Counted from the first letter of the stretch, positions 10,334 through 20,074 are shown. The stretch is 64,000 nt of DNA from an uncultured bacterium (GCA_963717435.1 OY970332.1:800001-864000); one strand, 5' to 3'. Notes: generated from the letters alone by a model not told the origin. Translations and numbers: made by a program.

Positions 10334-10464
10334 AAATTAATTTTTTATGGTTCGATACACCCGTCACCTGATCCCGCGCTCGCCCTGAGTGTTTTTCGAA
10401 CGTAGTGAGAAAAATGTATCGAAGGGTGCCGGGCACTCACCACGAGCGGGTAAAAAATTAATTT
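10334..10464. repeat. Composite nested palindromic element, copy 1
   Basis: 14-bp inverted flanks 10334-10347/10451-10464; outer type A (-) 10347-10449 encloses inner type A (+) 10377-10427. Confidence 0.92.
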
Positions 10465-10473
10465 TCGTGAACC

Positions 10474-11214
10474 CTAGTCTAGAAGCAGCTTGTTAACTAC
10501 ATCGTTGGTGGCTATCAAAATTGCAATAACTAATATTGTTAGTATTGAGTAGGTGGCCACCATGCATTTTAGCACACGCGCGTCTTTTTTGTTCTTTATC
10601 TCTAAGCTATTTATCTTGTCTTCTATTCTTGTTAATGTATTGCGCAGGTTTTCGGGTGATTCCATTAACTCAAGTTTAGGGTTACCTTTTTCGGGGTCAT
10701 ATTCTGGCCCATAGTTTAATATTTTTCTTGAAAGAACTTCCGTTCTTAGCTCATTAATGTTTGTCATAATGTGCCTGAATATATGTAAAAAAAGTACCCT
10801 TAAAGTTTCGTCTTTGTTGAGTATCTCGTTAAGTTCTGTGATTTTTAGCTCAAGAAACTTTTTTTGTTTGGCTTTCAGCTCACGTGCTTTTGCCCTATCA
10901 TAAATGTCATTGGGATTATTATTATTATTATCTTGATTACTTTGCGCTTTTAAATTTGCATTACTTCCGACCATAACATAGTTATGATTTACTTGCTCCT
11001 GAGATCTCCTTGGACCAAAATCTTCATTATAAAGTTCTGCCATTTTTTCCAATATTTTATTTTCATTGGCAGGATTATTGTGTTGTAACACTTCAACAAG
11101 ATTTGTTTCCGTATTTTTATGCGTATTACTGTTATAGCTGTTGTTGTTATTTTCCATTGATAATAGTGTCACAAAATTTATAAAAAAAATTATATAAAAA
11201 TTTTTAATACACAT
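10474..11214 (-). CDS. Hypothetical secreted protein, Asn-rich, coiled coil, C-terminal TM helix
   Basis: Signal peptide ending LLS-ME; hydrophobic C-terminal segment. Confidence 0.75.
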   Translation of the reverse strand: MCIKNFYIIFFINFVTLLSMENNNNSYNSNTHKNTETNLVEVLQHNNPANENKILEKMAELYNEDFGPRRSQEQVNHNYVMVGSNANLKAQSNQDNNNNNPNDIYDRAKARELKAKQKKFLELKITELNEILNKDETLRVLFLHIFRHIMTNINELRTEVLSRKILNYGPEYDPEKGNPKLELMESPENLRNTLTRIEDKINSLEIKNKKDARVLKCMVATYSILTILVIAILIATNDVVNKLLLD

Positions 11215-11427
11215 TTTAGTTTCGCCCCAATTTTATAACCAACTTTCTCCCAATAACAGTTTTATACTTTTAGCTTACAAATTTTTATTATTAATAAAGA
11301 AGAACTTTGTAACAAAAATTTACAAGTTCAAGATTGACAGGTTTCTGATATTAAAATAGAACTATCCAGGTCGACCAAATTAAAATCGACAAAATAAAAT
11401 CAACTTAAAAAAATTAAGAGTAGTACT

Positions 11428-13263
11428 ATGAGTATCAAAACAAGTATAAAAACATTTTTCAGTTTCCAGCTATTATTGATCTTCCCCAATTATATATTTG
11501 CACGTGAAATGCGAACCCCGTTAGATTTGCGTATCGGGCCAATACATTATCCGGTTTGGAACAAAGAAAGATATGAGAGCTGCTGTTTTGATTTAGACCT
11601 ATGGGCAGGGGGATATAACCGTGTTGCAAGTAATGGATATGACAAGCATGGCTGGCGGTGCCAGGTCCCACTTTCAACAATACAGTTTAATTTGCCAGTT
11701 TTTACCATGGCGCAAACGTTCCAGAATAATACCGTTTCAGCTTATTCACAAAATCCATGGATATCTGTTTCGACCATAAACCCCAATTTTACTTACAAAG
11801 AAAAAGGTATAATGGCCGGCCTAATTATTGGAACCCGTCCAGGAGCCTGCGGAAATTTTAGAATCGGTATGCGTGCCAGAATCCCATATAGGGTTGTTGA
11901 TGCCCAACGTGTGGACTCAGATTCTTGTTGTCCACTTGAAGGTGAAACTCTAAAAGATGTGCGTAGATTGGGCAACGACTTAATACCTGCAATTGACCCT
12001 TCAACCGGGGCTGCTGAAGCTGAGCCACTAAATGGCAGCTTTGCTTATAGATTCGATTTTGTAAGCGCGCTTCTTATAAATTACCCTAATGGAACCCCTG
12101 AAATAAATTTTAAAAATACTGATGTGCTAAGTCATATTACCGCCGCAAATAATACAGTTTCTCCGGTAGTTTTTGAAGATATAACCGACGCTGGTGTTGT
12201 CAATTCAACCCAACCAATAGAGGGCAATCCAGTTAATTTTATAGTTCGCGATAATGGCACGGCACCTGAACACCCATACGCAGCATTTGCCTCGACAACT
12301 TACGGCGCTTATCCTGGCCAGGGCGTTGATCAGCAACCATTTTTAAATGGCGACGGAACTGGCGGCGTAAATAACGGACGTGTAAGAATGAGCCAAAACA
12401 ACGACTACACTGTTCTTGGAAACACGACATCTGCCCAAGCAAGACTTTGGATGGTTCCAACTGCCTACATAGATAATACAAATGTTGCGCATGTTGGTGA
12501 TACTGCACAAGCAATTGCAAATACTATAGAGCAGATAATACCTGGGATTGACCCTTCTATTTTAACTTTTTTCTATCAAAATAATCTCGATTTTTCATCA
12601 CAAAATAATAAGGGTGTTGGCGACTTGGACACAGAATATTACGTCGCTTACGATTTTGATGAAAGATTTTGGGGTGAATTAAATTTTGGGATAATTTTCC
12701 CAACTGCACGACAAATAAAAGAGCCTAAGAAAATATTTCTTTTTGCTCTGGGCAATAACGGCCATATGGAACTTAGATTGGGAACACAGGGCGGTTATGA
12801 TGTTTTCGATTGGTTCAAGTTTGATTTCGATGCCTATTATTCTTTTGTGCTAAATAGAACAGAGCCGATACTTGCATCTTTTATGGGGGCCAGTGTAAAA
12901 AATCTTGGGCCGCAAGTTGATGCAAAGATCCATTGGGGATATTTTTGGGGCCATGTGAATTTTACTTTTTTGGAACCATGCTCAAAATATGTTGGGTTTA
13001 ATTTGGGCTACGAACTTTATGCAAAGCAAAGGGACAAAATCTGTTTTTGTCGTTCTACTATGCCAGATTATCTGGGCAATTATGCAACCCTTAACCCATA
13101 TCTCGCGGCAGAAAGAACAAACGTGACTGCGCAAAAAGTTAGAGTCGAAGTTTTCTCCGATACCAGACTTTTTGATATTTATGGCGGTTGGTCAAAAGTT
13201 TTTGCGGGCAAGAACGCCATGGATGAGATTGAATGGTACCTGGGCTTTGGGCTAAAATTTTAA
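11428..13263 (+). CDS. Putative outer-membrane beta-barrel surface protein
   Basis: Signal peptide; alternating aromatic strands; C-terminus WYLGFGLKF fits a beta-signal; central N/G/T-rich insertion. Confidence 0.7.
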   Translation: MSIKTSIKTFFSFQLLLIFPNYIFAREMRTPLDLRIGPIHYPVWNKERYESCCFDLDLWAGGYNRVASNGYDKHGWRCQVPLSTIQFNLPVFTMAQTFQNNTVSAYSQNPWISVSTINPNFTYKEKGIMAGLIIGTRPGACGNFRIGMRARIPYRVVDAQRVDSDSCCPLEGETLKDVRRLGNDLIPAIDPSTGAAEAEPLNGSFAYRFDFVSALLINYPNGTPEINFKNTDVLSHITAANNTVSPVVFEDITDAGVVNSTQPIEGNPVNFIVRDNGTAPEHPYAAFASTTYGAYPGQGVDQQPFLNGDGTGGVNNGRVRMSQNNDYTVLGNTTSAQARLWMVPTAYIDNTNVAHVGDTAQAIANTIEQIIPGIDPSILTFFYQNNLDFSSQNNKGVGDLDTEYYVAYDFDERFWGELNFGIIFPTARQIKEPKKIFLFALGNNGHMELRLGTQGGYDVFDWFKFDFDAYYSFVLNRTEPILASFMGASVKNLGPQVDAKIHWGYFWGHVNFTFLEPCSKYVGFNLGYELYAKQRDKICFCRSTMPDYLGNYATLNPYLAAERTNVTAQKVRVEVFSDTRLFDIYGGWSKVFAGKNAMDEIEWYLGFGLKF

Positions 13264-13356
13264 AAGTAATTGAGCTTGAGTTTTTGGGCAGTTAATTTAC
13301 AATCAATATAAAACTTTATAAAACTTTTTTTTTATTTAACCCTGAATTTTGAAATC

Positions 13357-15300
13357 ATGCCTGAAAAAAATAAATTTTACGTTACAACCCCAATATATTA
13401 CGTCACGGCCAAACCCCATTTGGGATCGCTATACTCAACATTGCTTGCAGATGTTGCTGCAAGATGGGCAAAACTGTCTGGCAAAAAAACTTTCTTTTTA
13501 ACAGGTACTGATGAGCATGGGCAGAAGGTTGCTGCTGCTGCAGAAAAAGCGGGTAAATCACCTAAAGAGTTTGTGGATAGTTTTATACCAAGTTATAAAA
13601 AAATCTGGCAAGAATATGGCATAAATTATAACCATTTTATAAGAACAACAGATCCGGAGCATATCAGTGCGGTTCAAAAATGGATCGCAGATTTGCTCAA
13701 AAAAGACGAAATATATAAATCTGTTTATCGTGGTTGGTATTGCGTATCTGATGAGACTTTCGTCGCAGAGATTCATGATAGCGTGACGCCGCAAGAAGCG
13801 CCGCTATGTCCGTCTTGCCAACGAAAAACTATCGAAGTTTCTGAAGATTCTTATTTTTTTAGACTTTCAAAATATCAAGATAAATTATTAGAGTTTTACA
13901 AAAACAATCCTGATTTTATTACTCCAAAAGAGAGACTTAACGAGGTTATAAGTTTTGTTAAAGAGGGTCTTAAAGACCTAAGTATTTCTCGAACAACAGT
14001 TAAGTGGGGGATCCCATTTCCGGGTGATCCTGAGCACACTGTATACGTTTGGGCCGATGCCCTTAACAATTATATAACTGCTATAGGTTACGGTCAGCCA
14101 CATAGAAAAGACGAATTTGAATTTTTTTGGCCAGCAGATCTGCATGTCTTGGGTAAAGATATAGTCAGATTTCATGCCGTATTTTGGCCAGCCTTTTTGA
14201 TGGCCGCAGATCTTGCGATGCCCAAGAAATTGTTGGTTCATGGCTGGATCAAAGTTGGCGAGCAAAAAATGTCCAAATCTTTGGGCAACGCTATAGATCC
14301 TGAAGAGATTTTCAAAAAATATGGCCCTGATCCAGTGAGATATTATTTAACCAGACATATGGCCATAACCCAAGATTCTGAATTTTCAATACCTGACTTG
14401 GAACAAAAAGTAAGTTCTGAACTTGCAAATGATTTAGGGAACTTGCTCAATAGAACCTCGGCTTTGGCGCAGAAAAATAATTTAGAATATATAAATAGCC
14501 CGCGCATCTGGTCGGTCGATTCTTTGGAACTTAGAAATCAGTTTTGGGACGTTTTGGAGCAGTTTGAACTTGATATGCAGGACTGCTTTTATAACAGGGC
14601 GCTAAATAATCTTTGGAGATATATTAATCTGGTTAACGCATATTTTCACAAGCATGAGCCCTGGAAATTGGCAAAATCTAATCCAGAATTATTTCATGAG
14701 GTTATGGCTGCAACATGTAACAGTTTGCACTGTATAGCGATATTACTGCTTCCGGTTATGCCCCATAAGATGGAAGATCTGCTTGAGTCTATTGGCATAG
14801 AATTAGATTTTAATAAAAATATAATTGCTCAACTTGAAGATGATAATTGGGAAAAGCAGTTTAAGATTACCCCAATTGCGCCGCTTTTTGAAAAAATTGA
14901 ACTTAAAGAAGAGAATTTAAATTCTGGGAATAAGATGCAAGAAAATATCGAAAATAAAGAAACTTTAAAAAATTATATAACTATAGACGACTTTTTAAAA
15001 GTTGAGTTGCTTGTTGGTACTATAAAACAGTGCGAAGAAATTGCGGGCTCGGATAAGCTGCTTAAACTTCAAGTAGACTTTGGGCCATCTGGGATAAAGC
15101 AAATATTATCGGGCATTAAAAAGTCTTTCGCGCCTGAAGATTTAATTAACAAACAAGCTGTATTTGTGTTTAATCTTGCACCTCGAACAATGATGAAACT
15201 TGAATCCAACGGCATGTTGTTAACAGCGGGAACTCCTGATGGAAAACTGTCTTTGGTATCACCTGCAGTTATGGTTGAAAACGGAACAAGATTAAAATAA
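13357..15300 (+). CDS. metG: Methionine--tRNA ligase with C-terminal tRNA-binding OB domain
   Basis: FYVTTPIYY, HLG, GTDEHG, YVWADAL, KMSKS; C-terminal ITIDDFLKVELLVG domain. Confidence 0.97.
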   Translation: MPEKNKFYVTTPIYYVTAKPHLGSLYSTLLADVAARWAKLSGKKTFFLTGTDEHGQKVAAAAEKAGKSPKEFVDSFIPSYKKIWQEYGINYNHFIRTTDPEHISAVQKWIADLLKKDEIYKSVYRGWYCVSDETFVAEIHDSVTPQEAPLCPSCQRKTIEVSEDSYFFRLSKYQDKLLEFYKNNPDFITPKERLNEVISFVKEGLKDLSISRTTVKWGIPFPGDPEHTVYVWADALNNYITAIGYGQPHRKDEFEFFWPADLHVLGKDIVRFHAVFWPAFLMAADLAMPKKLLVHGWIKVGEQKMSKSLGNAIDPEEIFKKYGPDPVRYYLTRHMAITQDSEFSIPDLEQKVSSELANDLGNLLNRTSALAQKNNLEYINSPRIWSVDSLELRNQFWDVLEQFELDMQDCFYNRALNNLWRYINLVNAYFHKHEPWKLAKSNPELFHEVMAATCNSLHCIAILLLPVMPHKMEDLLESIGIELDFNKNIIAQLEDDNWEKQFKITPIAPLFEKIELKEENLNSGNKMQENIENKETLKNYITIDDFLKVELLVGTIKQCEEIAGSDKLLKLQVDFGPSGIKQILSGIKKSFAPEDLINKQAVFVFNLAPRTMMKLESNGMLLTAGTPDGKLSLVSPAVMVENGTRLK

Positions 15301-15308
15301 CTTTAGAA

Positions 15309-15438
15309 AAATTAATTTTTTATGGTTCGATACACCCGTCACCCAATCCCGCGCTCGCCCTGAGTGTTCTTCGAAGCTTGGCGAAGAAGAATGTATCGAA
15401 GGGTGCCGGGCACTCACCACGAGCGGGTAAAAAATTAA
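15309..15438. repeat. Composite nested palindromic element, copy 2
   Basis: Near-identical to 10334-10464; outer type A (-) 15322-15426, inner type A (+) 15352-15404, different innermost hairpin. Confidence 0.92.
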
Positions 15439-15458
15439 AATACTTTTAGAAAAAATTT

Positions 15459-17537
15459 GTGATTTTAAATAAAATTTATAACAAATTTAAGATTATTGGA
15501 TTAAAGCGAACGTGTGAGCTTGTAAAAAACAAGTTTGCCAGTTCGCTTTTTTTGTTCTTAAACAGAAGACGGGCAAAAATAACCCGTTATATGGGCAAAA
15601 CTGCAAATTACAGTTGGCCGGAAGTCTCGAGTAAATTAAAATTTGATAAAGATTTTGAAAAATTCTGGGAAAATTTTTGCAACAAAAAATCTTATATTAA
15701 TTTTAATAATTTTTTAGAAACTTTAATAACTGATTATAATCTTGATAATCAGGCAAGCATCCCAGATAAAAACTGTGTTAAACTTCTTCAAGAATTCTCT
15801 TCCCCGCTCGTCCCGAGTGTTCTTCGTAGCTTTAGCGTAGAAGAATGTATCGAGGGATCGAGTAAACCCAAGTGGCACTATGATCTTAACGGGTTTTATT
15901 TTGACGCAAATATTTTTTATAAAGACATAAAAATACAAGCTAATATTGGGGAAAATATCGGGCCGGATATCAGAACACTGTGGGAAAAAAACAGATTTAA
16001 TAATATTTTTTTTCTGGGCATAAATAATTCACCGGACAAATTTTTCAGTGACATAAAAGACTGGATAGATAAGAACCCATATTTATATGGGCCCAATTGG
16101 GTTTGCCCGATGGAAGTAGGAATCAGGTCGGTTAACTGGGTTTTGGGCTTTATGTTTTTTAAAGACATAAAATTTGGTGAGCCAAAACAGAAATTTGAGT
16201 TTTGGGAAAAATTTATCTGCTCACTTTATGACCACATGATTTTTATAGAACAAAATTGGGAAATTTATGATACACGAACAAATAACCATTATTTGTCAGA
16301 TCTACTGGGGTATTATTACTTATTAATATTTTTTGATAGTTTAGGCGCAAAAAATTTAAAATCTAAAATTATTTGGGTAAAAAAAGAGTTTTTAAAAGAG
16401 CTTGATAAGCAGATATTACCCGACGGCTCTAGTTACGAGGGCTCGACGGCTTATCATAATTTAATTTGTGAAATAGTTTATTATTTTAAAATTTTAAGTG
16501 ATCAAGAAGAGTTAAAAAATAATTATAATAAATTACTCGACCAAAAATTTAAAAATATGTGCCAATTTGCAAGTTATTTTTATCTTCAGGACCCTAAAGT
16601 TAAAATACCGAAGCAACTTACGCCGCTCGTCCCGAGTGTTCTACGAAGCTCAAAGAGCGAAGTAGAATGTATCGAGGGATGGCGGGGGCAAAATTTTGTG
16701 ACAATAGGCGATAACGACTCGGGCAAAATTGTCGCGGGCCTGCCTGAAAAATTTTTTAAAGTTACTAAATTTGATAACTTGCCCGAAATTGCGCACTTTA
16801 AGGATTTTGGAGTATCTGTTTATAAATCACCGAATATACACATAACTTTGCGCCATCATGCATATAATAAATTACAACCAAGTGCTCATTTCCATAACGA
16901 TTTTTTAAGTATCACGTTAGCAATAAACAATATTCCGGTTATTATCGATCCTGGTTCTTATGTTTATACCGCTTCAAGTTATTGGCGAAATTATTTTCGC
17001 AGCGCTGAATCCCATAATGGGTTTTATATTAAAAATTTAGAACCTGTCAAACTCGATAATTACAATCTTTTTGCTCCCGATATTCCCGAAAAAATTCTAG
17101 AAAATAATAGTCTAAAAAATAATAATGGCATTAAAAAATCGATAGTGTCTAGTCACGAGCTTTATAAAAATCTGGGCCTAAGAGCGGCAAGAAAAATTGA
17201 ATTAGAAAATTTAAATAAAAATATAATTGTCACAGATTCCTGGGATAGTATTTGGGAGAATATTAATAAAACAAACTTAGAAAATCTTGAGAATCTTACA
17301 ACTGTCTGGAGCTTGATTTTGCACCCAGATATTAAAGCAATAAAGCGGACAGATAAGTCTTGGGATCTTTTTTACAACAATATTAAACTTGCGAACATAA
17401 GCTCCAAAGATCTTGATTTTGAAGCAGATTCCTCATGGGCAAGTTTTGTTTATGGCGAAAAAATCGCTGCAACCAGATTAGCCGCGCAAAGCAGCTTGAA
17501 ATTAAAAAATTATGGCTGGCAGATAACTATTTTTTAA
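15459..17537 (+). CDS. Heparinase II/III (alginate-lyase-like) family protein carrying two in-frame palindromic inserts
   Basis: WH.D, WEKNRF, NW.CPMEVGIRS.NW, NNHYLSDLLG, DGSSYEGSTAYH, IGDNDSG, H.HND.LS, IDPGSYVY, FRS..SHN. Confidence 0.88.
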   Translation: MILNKIYNKFKIIGLKRTCELVKNKFASSLFLFLNRRRAKITRYMGKTANYSWPEVSSKLKFDKDFEKFWENFCNKKSYINFNNFLETLITDYNLDNQASIPDKNCVKLLQEFSSPLVPSVLRSFSVEECIEGSSKPKWHYDLNGFYFDANIFYKDIKIQANIGENIGPDIRTLWEKNRFNNIFFLGINNSPDKFFSDIKDWIDKNPYLYGPNWVCPMEVGIRSVNWVLGFMFFKDIKFGEPKQKFEFWEKFICSLYDHMIFIEQNWEIYDTRTNNHYLSDLLGYYYLLIFFDSLGAKNLKSKIIWVKKEFLKELDKQILPDGSSYEGSTAYHNLICEIVYYFKILSDQEELKNNYNKLLDQKFKNMCQFASYFYLQDPKVKIPKQLTPLVPSVLRSSKSEVECIEGWRGQNFVTIGDNDSGKIVAGLPEKFFKVTKFDNLPEIAHFKDFGVSVYKSPNIHITLRHHAYNKLQPSAHFHNDFLSITLAINNIPVIIDPGSYVYTASSYWRNYFRSAESHNGFYIKNLEPVKLDNYNLFAPDIPEKILENNSLKNNNGIKKSIVSSHELYKNLGLRAARKIELENLNKNIIVTDSWDSIWENINKTNLENLENLTTVWSLILHPDIKAIKRTDKSWDLFYNNIKLANISSKDLDFEADSSWASFVYGEKIAATRLAAQSSLKLKNYGWQITIF
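15804..15858 (+). repeat. Type A palindromic element, intragenic and in-frame (PLVPSVLRSFSVEECIEG)
   Basis: CCGCTCGTCCCGAGTG-TTCTTCGTAGCTTTAGCGTAGAAGAA-TGTATCGAGGGAT. Confidence 0.95.
16623..16680 (+). repeat. Type A palindromic element, intragenic and in-frame (PLVPSVLRSSKSEVECIEG)
   Basis: CCGCTCGTCCCGAGTG-TTCTACGAAGCTCAAAGAGCGAAGTAGAA-TGTATCGAGGGAT. Confidence 0.95.
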
Positions 17538-17626
17538 CTTTGTTTCTATATTCTTGATATTTCATATTTATTTTAGCCAAAATTGTTTTGATATTAAATT
17601 TAAAAAAAATTTAACTGGGACCAACT

Positions 17627-19243
17627 ATGAAAAGTAAAAAAAATAATCTTATTGTCTTAATTATTATGCAGCTTCTTTTCCAAATAAACTGCTTAGGGAT
17701 GGAAAATATTTATATTAACAAAGCAAATGAACTGGCCAAGAAAATCTTTGGTGTATTTGATCCGGAATCAAAGATAAATTTAAAAGATTTCGGTTCTTAT
17801 GAGTCCAAGGAACTTAGAGAATGGGTCGAGTTATTATCCAAAATAGCTGCCATGCGTGTTAATGTTAAGACCCAGGACCTTAAATGCTTGCTTATAGACC
17901 CAATTAATGAGGATCGTTGTTCAAGGGTCGCAACTAAAGAGAATAAAGACACCCAAATTTTAACGATTTATGATCTGAATCAGGCACTTTTTGTCATGTT
18001 AAAAGACTTGTTTGGTTTAAGGACATCTGAACAAATTAAATACAACTTAAAACTTCTTGATTATATAACGAACTTTTCAAGCGACCTTAAAAAGATTAGT
18101 AATTTTTTAAAATCAATTAAGCTCCAAGATTCTGGTACAGATGAACCGCTCAAGAAGATAATTGAAAATCTAATAAAAATTTACGAGGCGATACTTGATA
18201 AAATTAGGATAGATTTTGGGCCCAGCGGTCAAAAACTGATTAAAGCGACTGATGAAGCTTATGAATTCGTGTTTGCGAAATCTGGAGTGAATGAAAAATT
18301 TAATGATTTGCAAAAAGCATCTTGGAAAAATCTAGTAATAAATATACAAAGACTGGTGTTTGTCTCAGGAGTTGAAAGCCTTATTTGTGTAGCTCAAAAT
18401 CCAAGCACAAGATGTAAAACAAAAGATGGAAAAGATATTTATACCATTTTCGATTTATCTGTAAATTTCATCACAGGATCTGATGAATTATCTGCATTGT
18501 ATAAAAGAGAAGGTGCCAACGCTCACGATACATACAAGAAAATCTATGACTCATCTGAGCGCGGTATCAATCAAATTGAAACAATAATTAAAGAAGCAAA
18601 AATTAGTAATAATATATTTGGTCAAAGCGCAAAAAATGTTCTTGAAAACTTAATGAAAAAATTTAGGTTGCTCTTGCAAAAGCTTGAAGTGGATTTTGGC
18701 TACTCAAAAGATTCGGTAATAAAATCTATAGATACCAAAATAAAAGAAATATTTGCAGGTGATTTGTCTGTGTTTCCAGGGAACGCTGCTCAAGTGAACA
18801 GAAATAAATCATGGGACGAGCTATTATATAAAGTTGGTTTGTTTATAAAAGCTTCAGATCCCGATGATAGCTCTAATATTTATGAGGGAAACGTTTATGT
18901 GAAAGTAAAAGGCGGGAGGCAGGTTAGGCAAGCTAATGTAAAAGAACGTCTGGCCTCAATCTTTGATTTTATGAGCATATCGACGGATAAAAGAGGGTGT
19001 TTTGGTGATCCAACGCAAGTCTGTTCGACTGAGCCGCTTAAATATTTTGATGAGCATATTTACAAAACAATTGCCACCAACTTGGCTCAGGCAAAAAAGC
19101 TTATTAATGATATTTCCTTTAGCATCAGAACGAAGCCACGAGAAGCAAAAGCAGTTTTGGAACATCTGGTGAAAAAAATGGATGGCGTTGTTGCCAAATT
19201 TAAATCTGATTGGGAAAAATATTTAAAGAGTATTAAGAAATAA
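17627..19243 (+). CDS. Secreted helical protein with three ~160-170 aa internal repeats
   Basis: Signal peptide ending CLG-ME; repeats end ...ENLIK...KIRIDFG / ...ENLMK...KLEVDFG / ...EHLVK...KFKSDW. Confidence 0.8.
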   Translation: MKSKKNNLIVLIIMQLLFQINCLGMENIYINKANELAKKIFGVFDPESKINLKDFGSYESKELREWVELLSKIAAMRVNVKTQDLKCLLIDPINEDRCSRVATKENKDTQILTIYDLNQALFVMLKDLFGLRTSEQIKYNLKLLDYITNFSSDLKKISNFLKSIKLQDSGTDEPLKKIIENLIKIYEAILDKIRIDFGPSGQKLIKATDEAYEFVFAKSGVNEKFNDLQKASWKNLVINIQRLVFVSGVESLICVAQNPSTRCKTKDGKDIYTIFDLSVNFITGSDELSALYKREGANAHDTYKKIYDSSERGINQIETIIKEAKISNNIFGQSAKNVLENLMKKFRLLLQKLEVDFGYSKDSVIKSIDTKIKEIFAGDLSVFPGNAAQVNRNKSWDELLYKVGLFIKASDPDDSSNIYEGNVYVKVKGGRQVRQANVKERLASIFDFMSISTDKRGCFGDPTQVCSTEPLKYFDEHIYKTIATNLAQAKKLINDISFSIRTKPREAKAVLEHLVKKMDGVVAKFKSDWEKYLKSIKK

Positions 19244-19356
19244 TATTACTATTGAACCGGAATAATCAAAGAAGTTAAAAACAAGGGGAGTGATAAATAG
19301 ATTGGCGTGCTTTATAGAGATTAATTGTATAAAATTTTAAAAAAAGGGTAGTTAAT

Positions 19357-19971
19357 ATGCAAAGTTTAAAGATATTAAATTTAAATTCGAAGCTAAAATT
19401 TTTAATTTTGACTTTTTTGGCGCCGATTAGTTTGTTGGCTGCAAGTGATAATGAGTTACAACAAAAGCTAAAAACTCTGATGGACAAGATCGAAAATCCA
19501 AATGGCGAATTTAACGCAATATTTGGTGGAAATCTGATTGATAATTTAAACAAGAAGAATAGAGACGCTAAATACGACTCGATTACTAAACTTTTTACAG
19601 AAATTTCTAACTTTGTGTCCTATTCGGGTTCAAAAGAATTGCCGTTTCTTATACAGGGGATTGATCGCGTTCTCCTGAACGTAATTGATAGAATTGTTCT
19701 AACAAATGATAATGAGAATCAGTTGTCTGCACTAACAAAATCCAAATTTGTCGAGCTTATTATTAAACCGTTAAAAGCTGAGATTGCCAGCGCTAAAAAG
19801 CAGGTTGATGACGTTTATACATTTAGAGAAGGGCCGAGAGCTGCCAAAAAGCTTTTGCTGCTTTTGATTAACAAAATGGATGAGGTTGTTGAAAAATATA
19901 GTCAAGATTGGCAAGATAAATTGCGACTTTGGACTCGTAATGAACCTGGCGAAAAAGTGCGGCGTAGTTAA
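19357..19971 (+). CDS. Secreted helical protein, single-unit paralog of the upstream gene
   Basis: AKK...PRAAKKLL...KMDEVVEKYSQDW matches repeat 3 of 17627..19243. Confidence 0.8.
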   Translation: MQSLKILNLNSKLKFLILTFLAPISLLAASDNELQQKLKTLMDKIENPNGEFNAIFGGNLIDNLNKKNRDAKYDSITKLFTEISNFVSYSGSKELPFLIQGIDRVLLNVIDRIVLTNDNENQLSALTKSKFVELIIKPLKAEIASAKKQVDDVYTFREGPRAAKKLLLLLINKMDEVVEKYSQDWQDKLRLWTRNEPGEKVRRS

Positions 19972-19993
19972 TAGTTTTTAATTATTTAAAACA

Positions 19994-20026
19994 AACAAGA
20001 GCGGGATTTTAAATCTCGCTCTTGTT
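19994..20026. terminator. Probable bidirectional intrinsic terminator
   Basis: AACAAGAGCGGGAT / ATCTCGCTCTTGTT hairpin between convergent genes. Confidence 0.75.
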
Positions 20027-20074
20027 ATTGTTTAAGAAATTTAATACTTAAGAAATTTTAGGTTTGTTTGGTTT

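Noticed and set aside
15302-15454. TTTAGAAAAA direct repeat flanking composite copy 2 as a target-site duplication
   Set aside because: Low-complexity AT sequence, overlaps the inverted flank, and no equivalent flanks copy 1.
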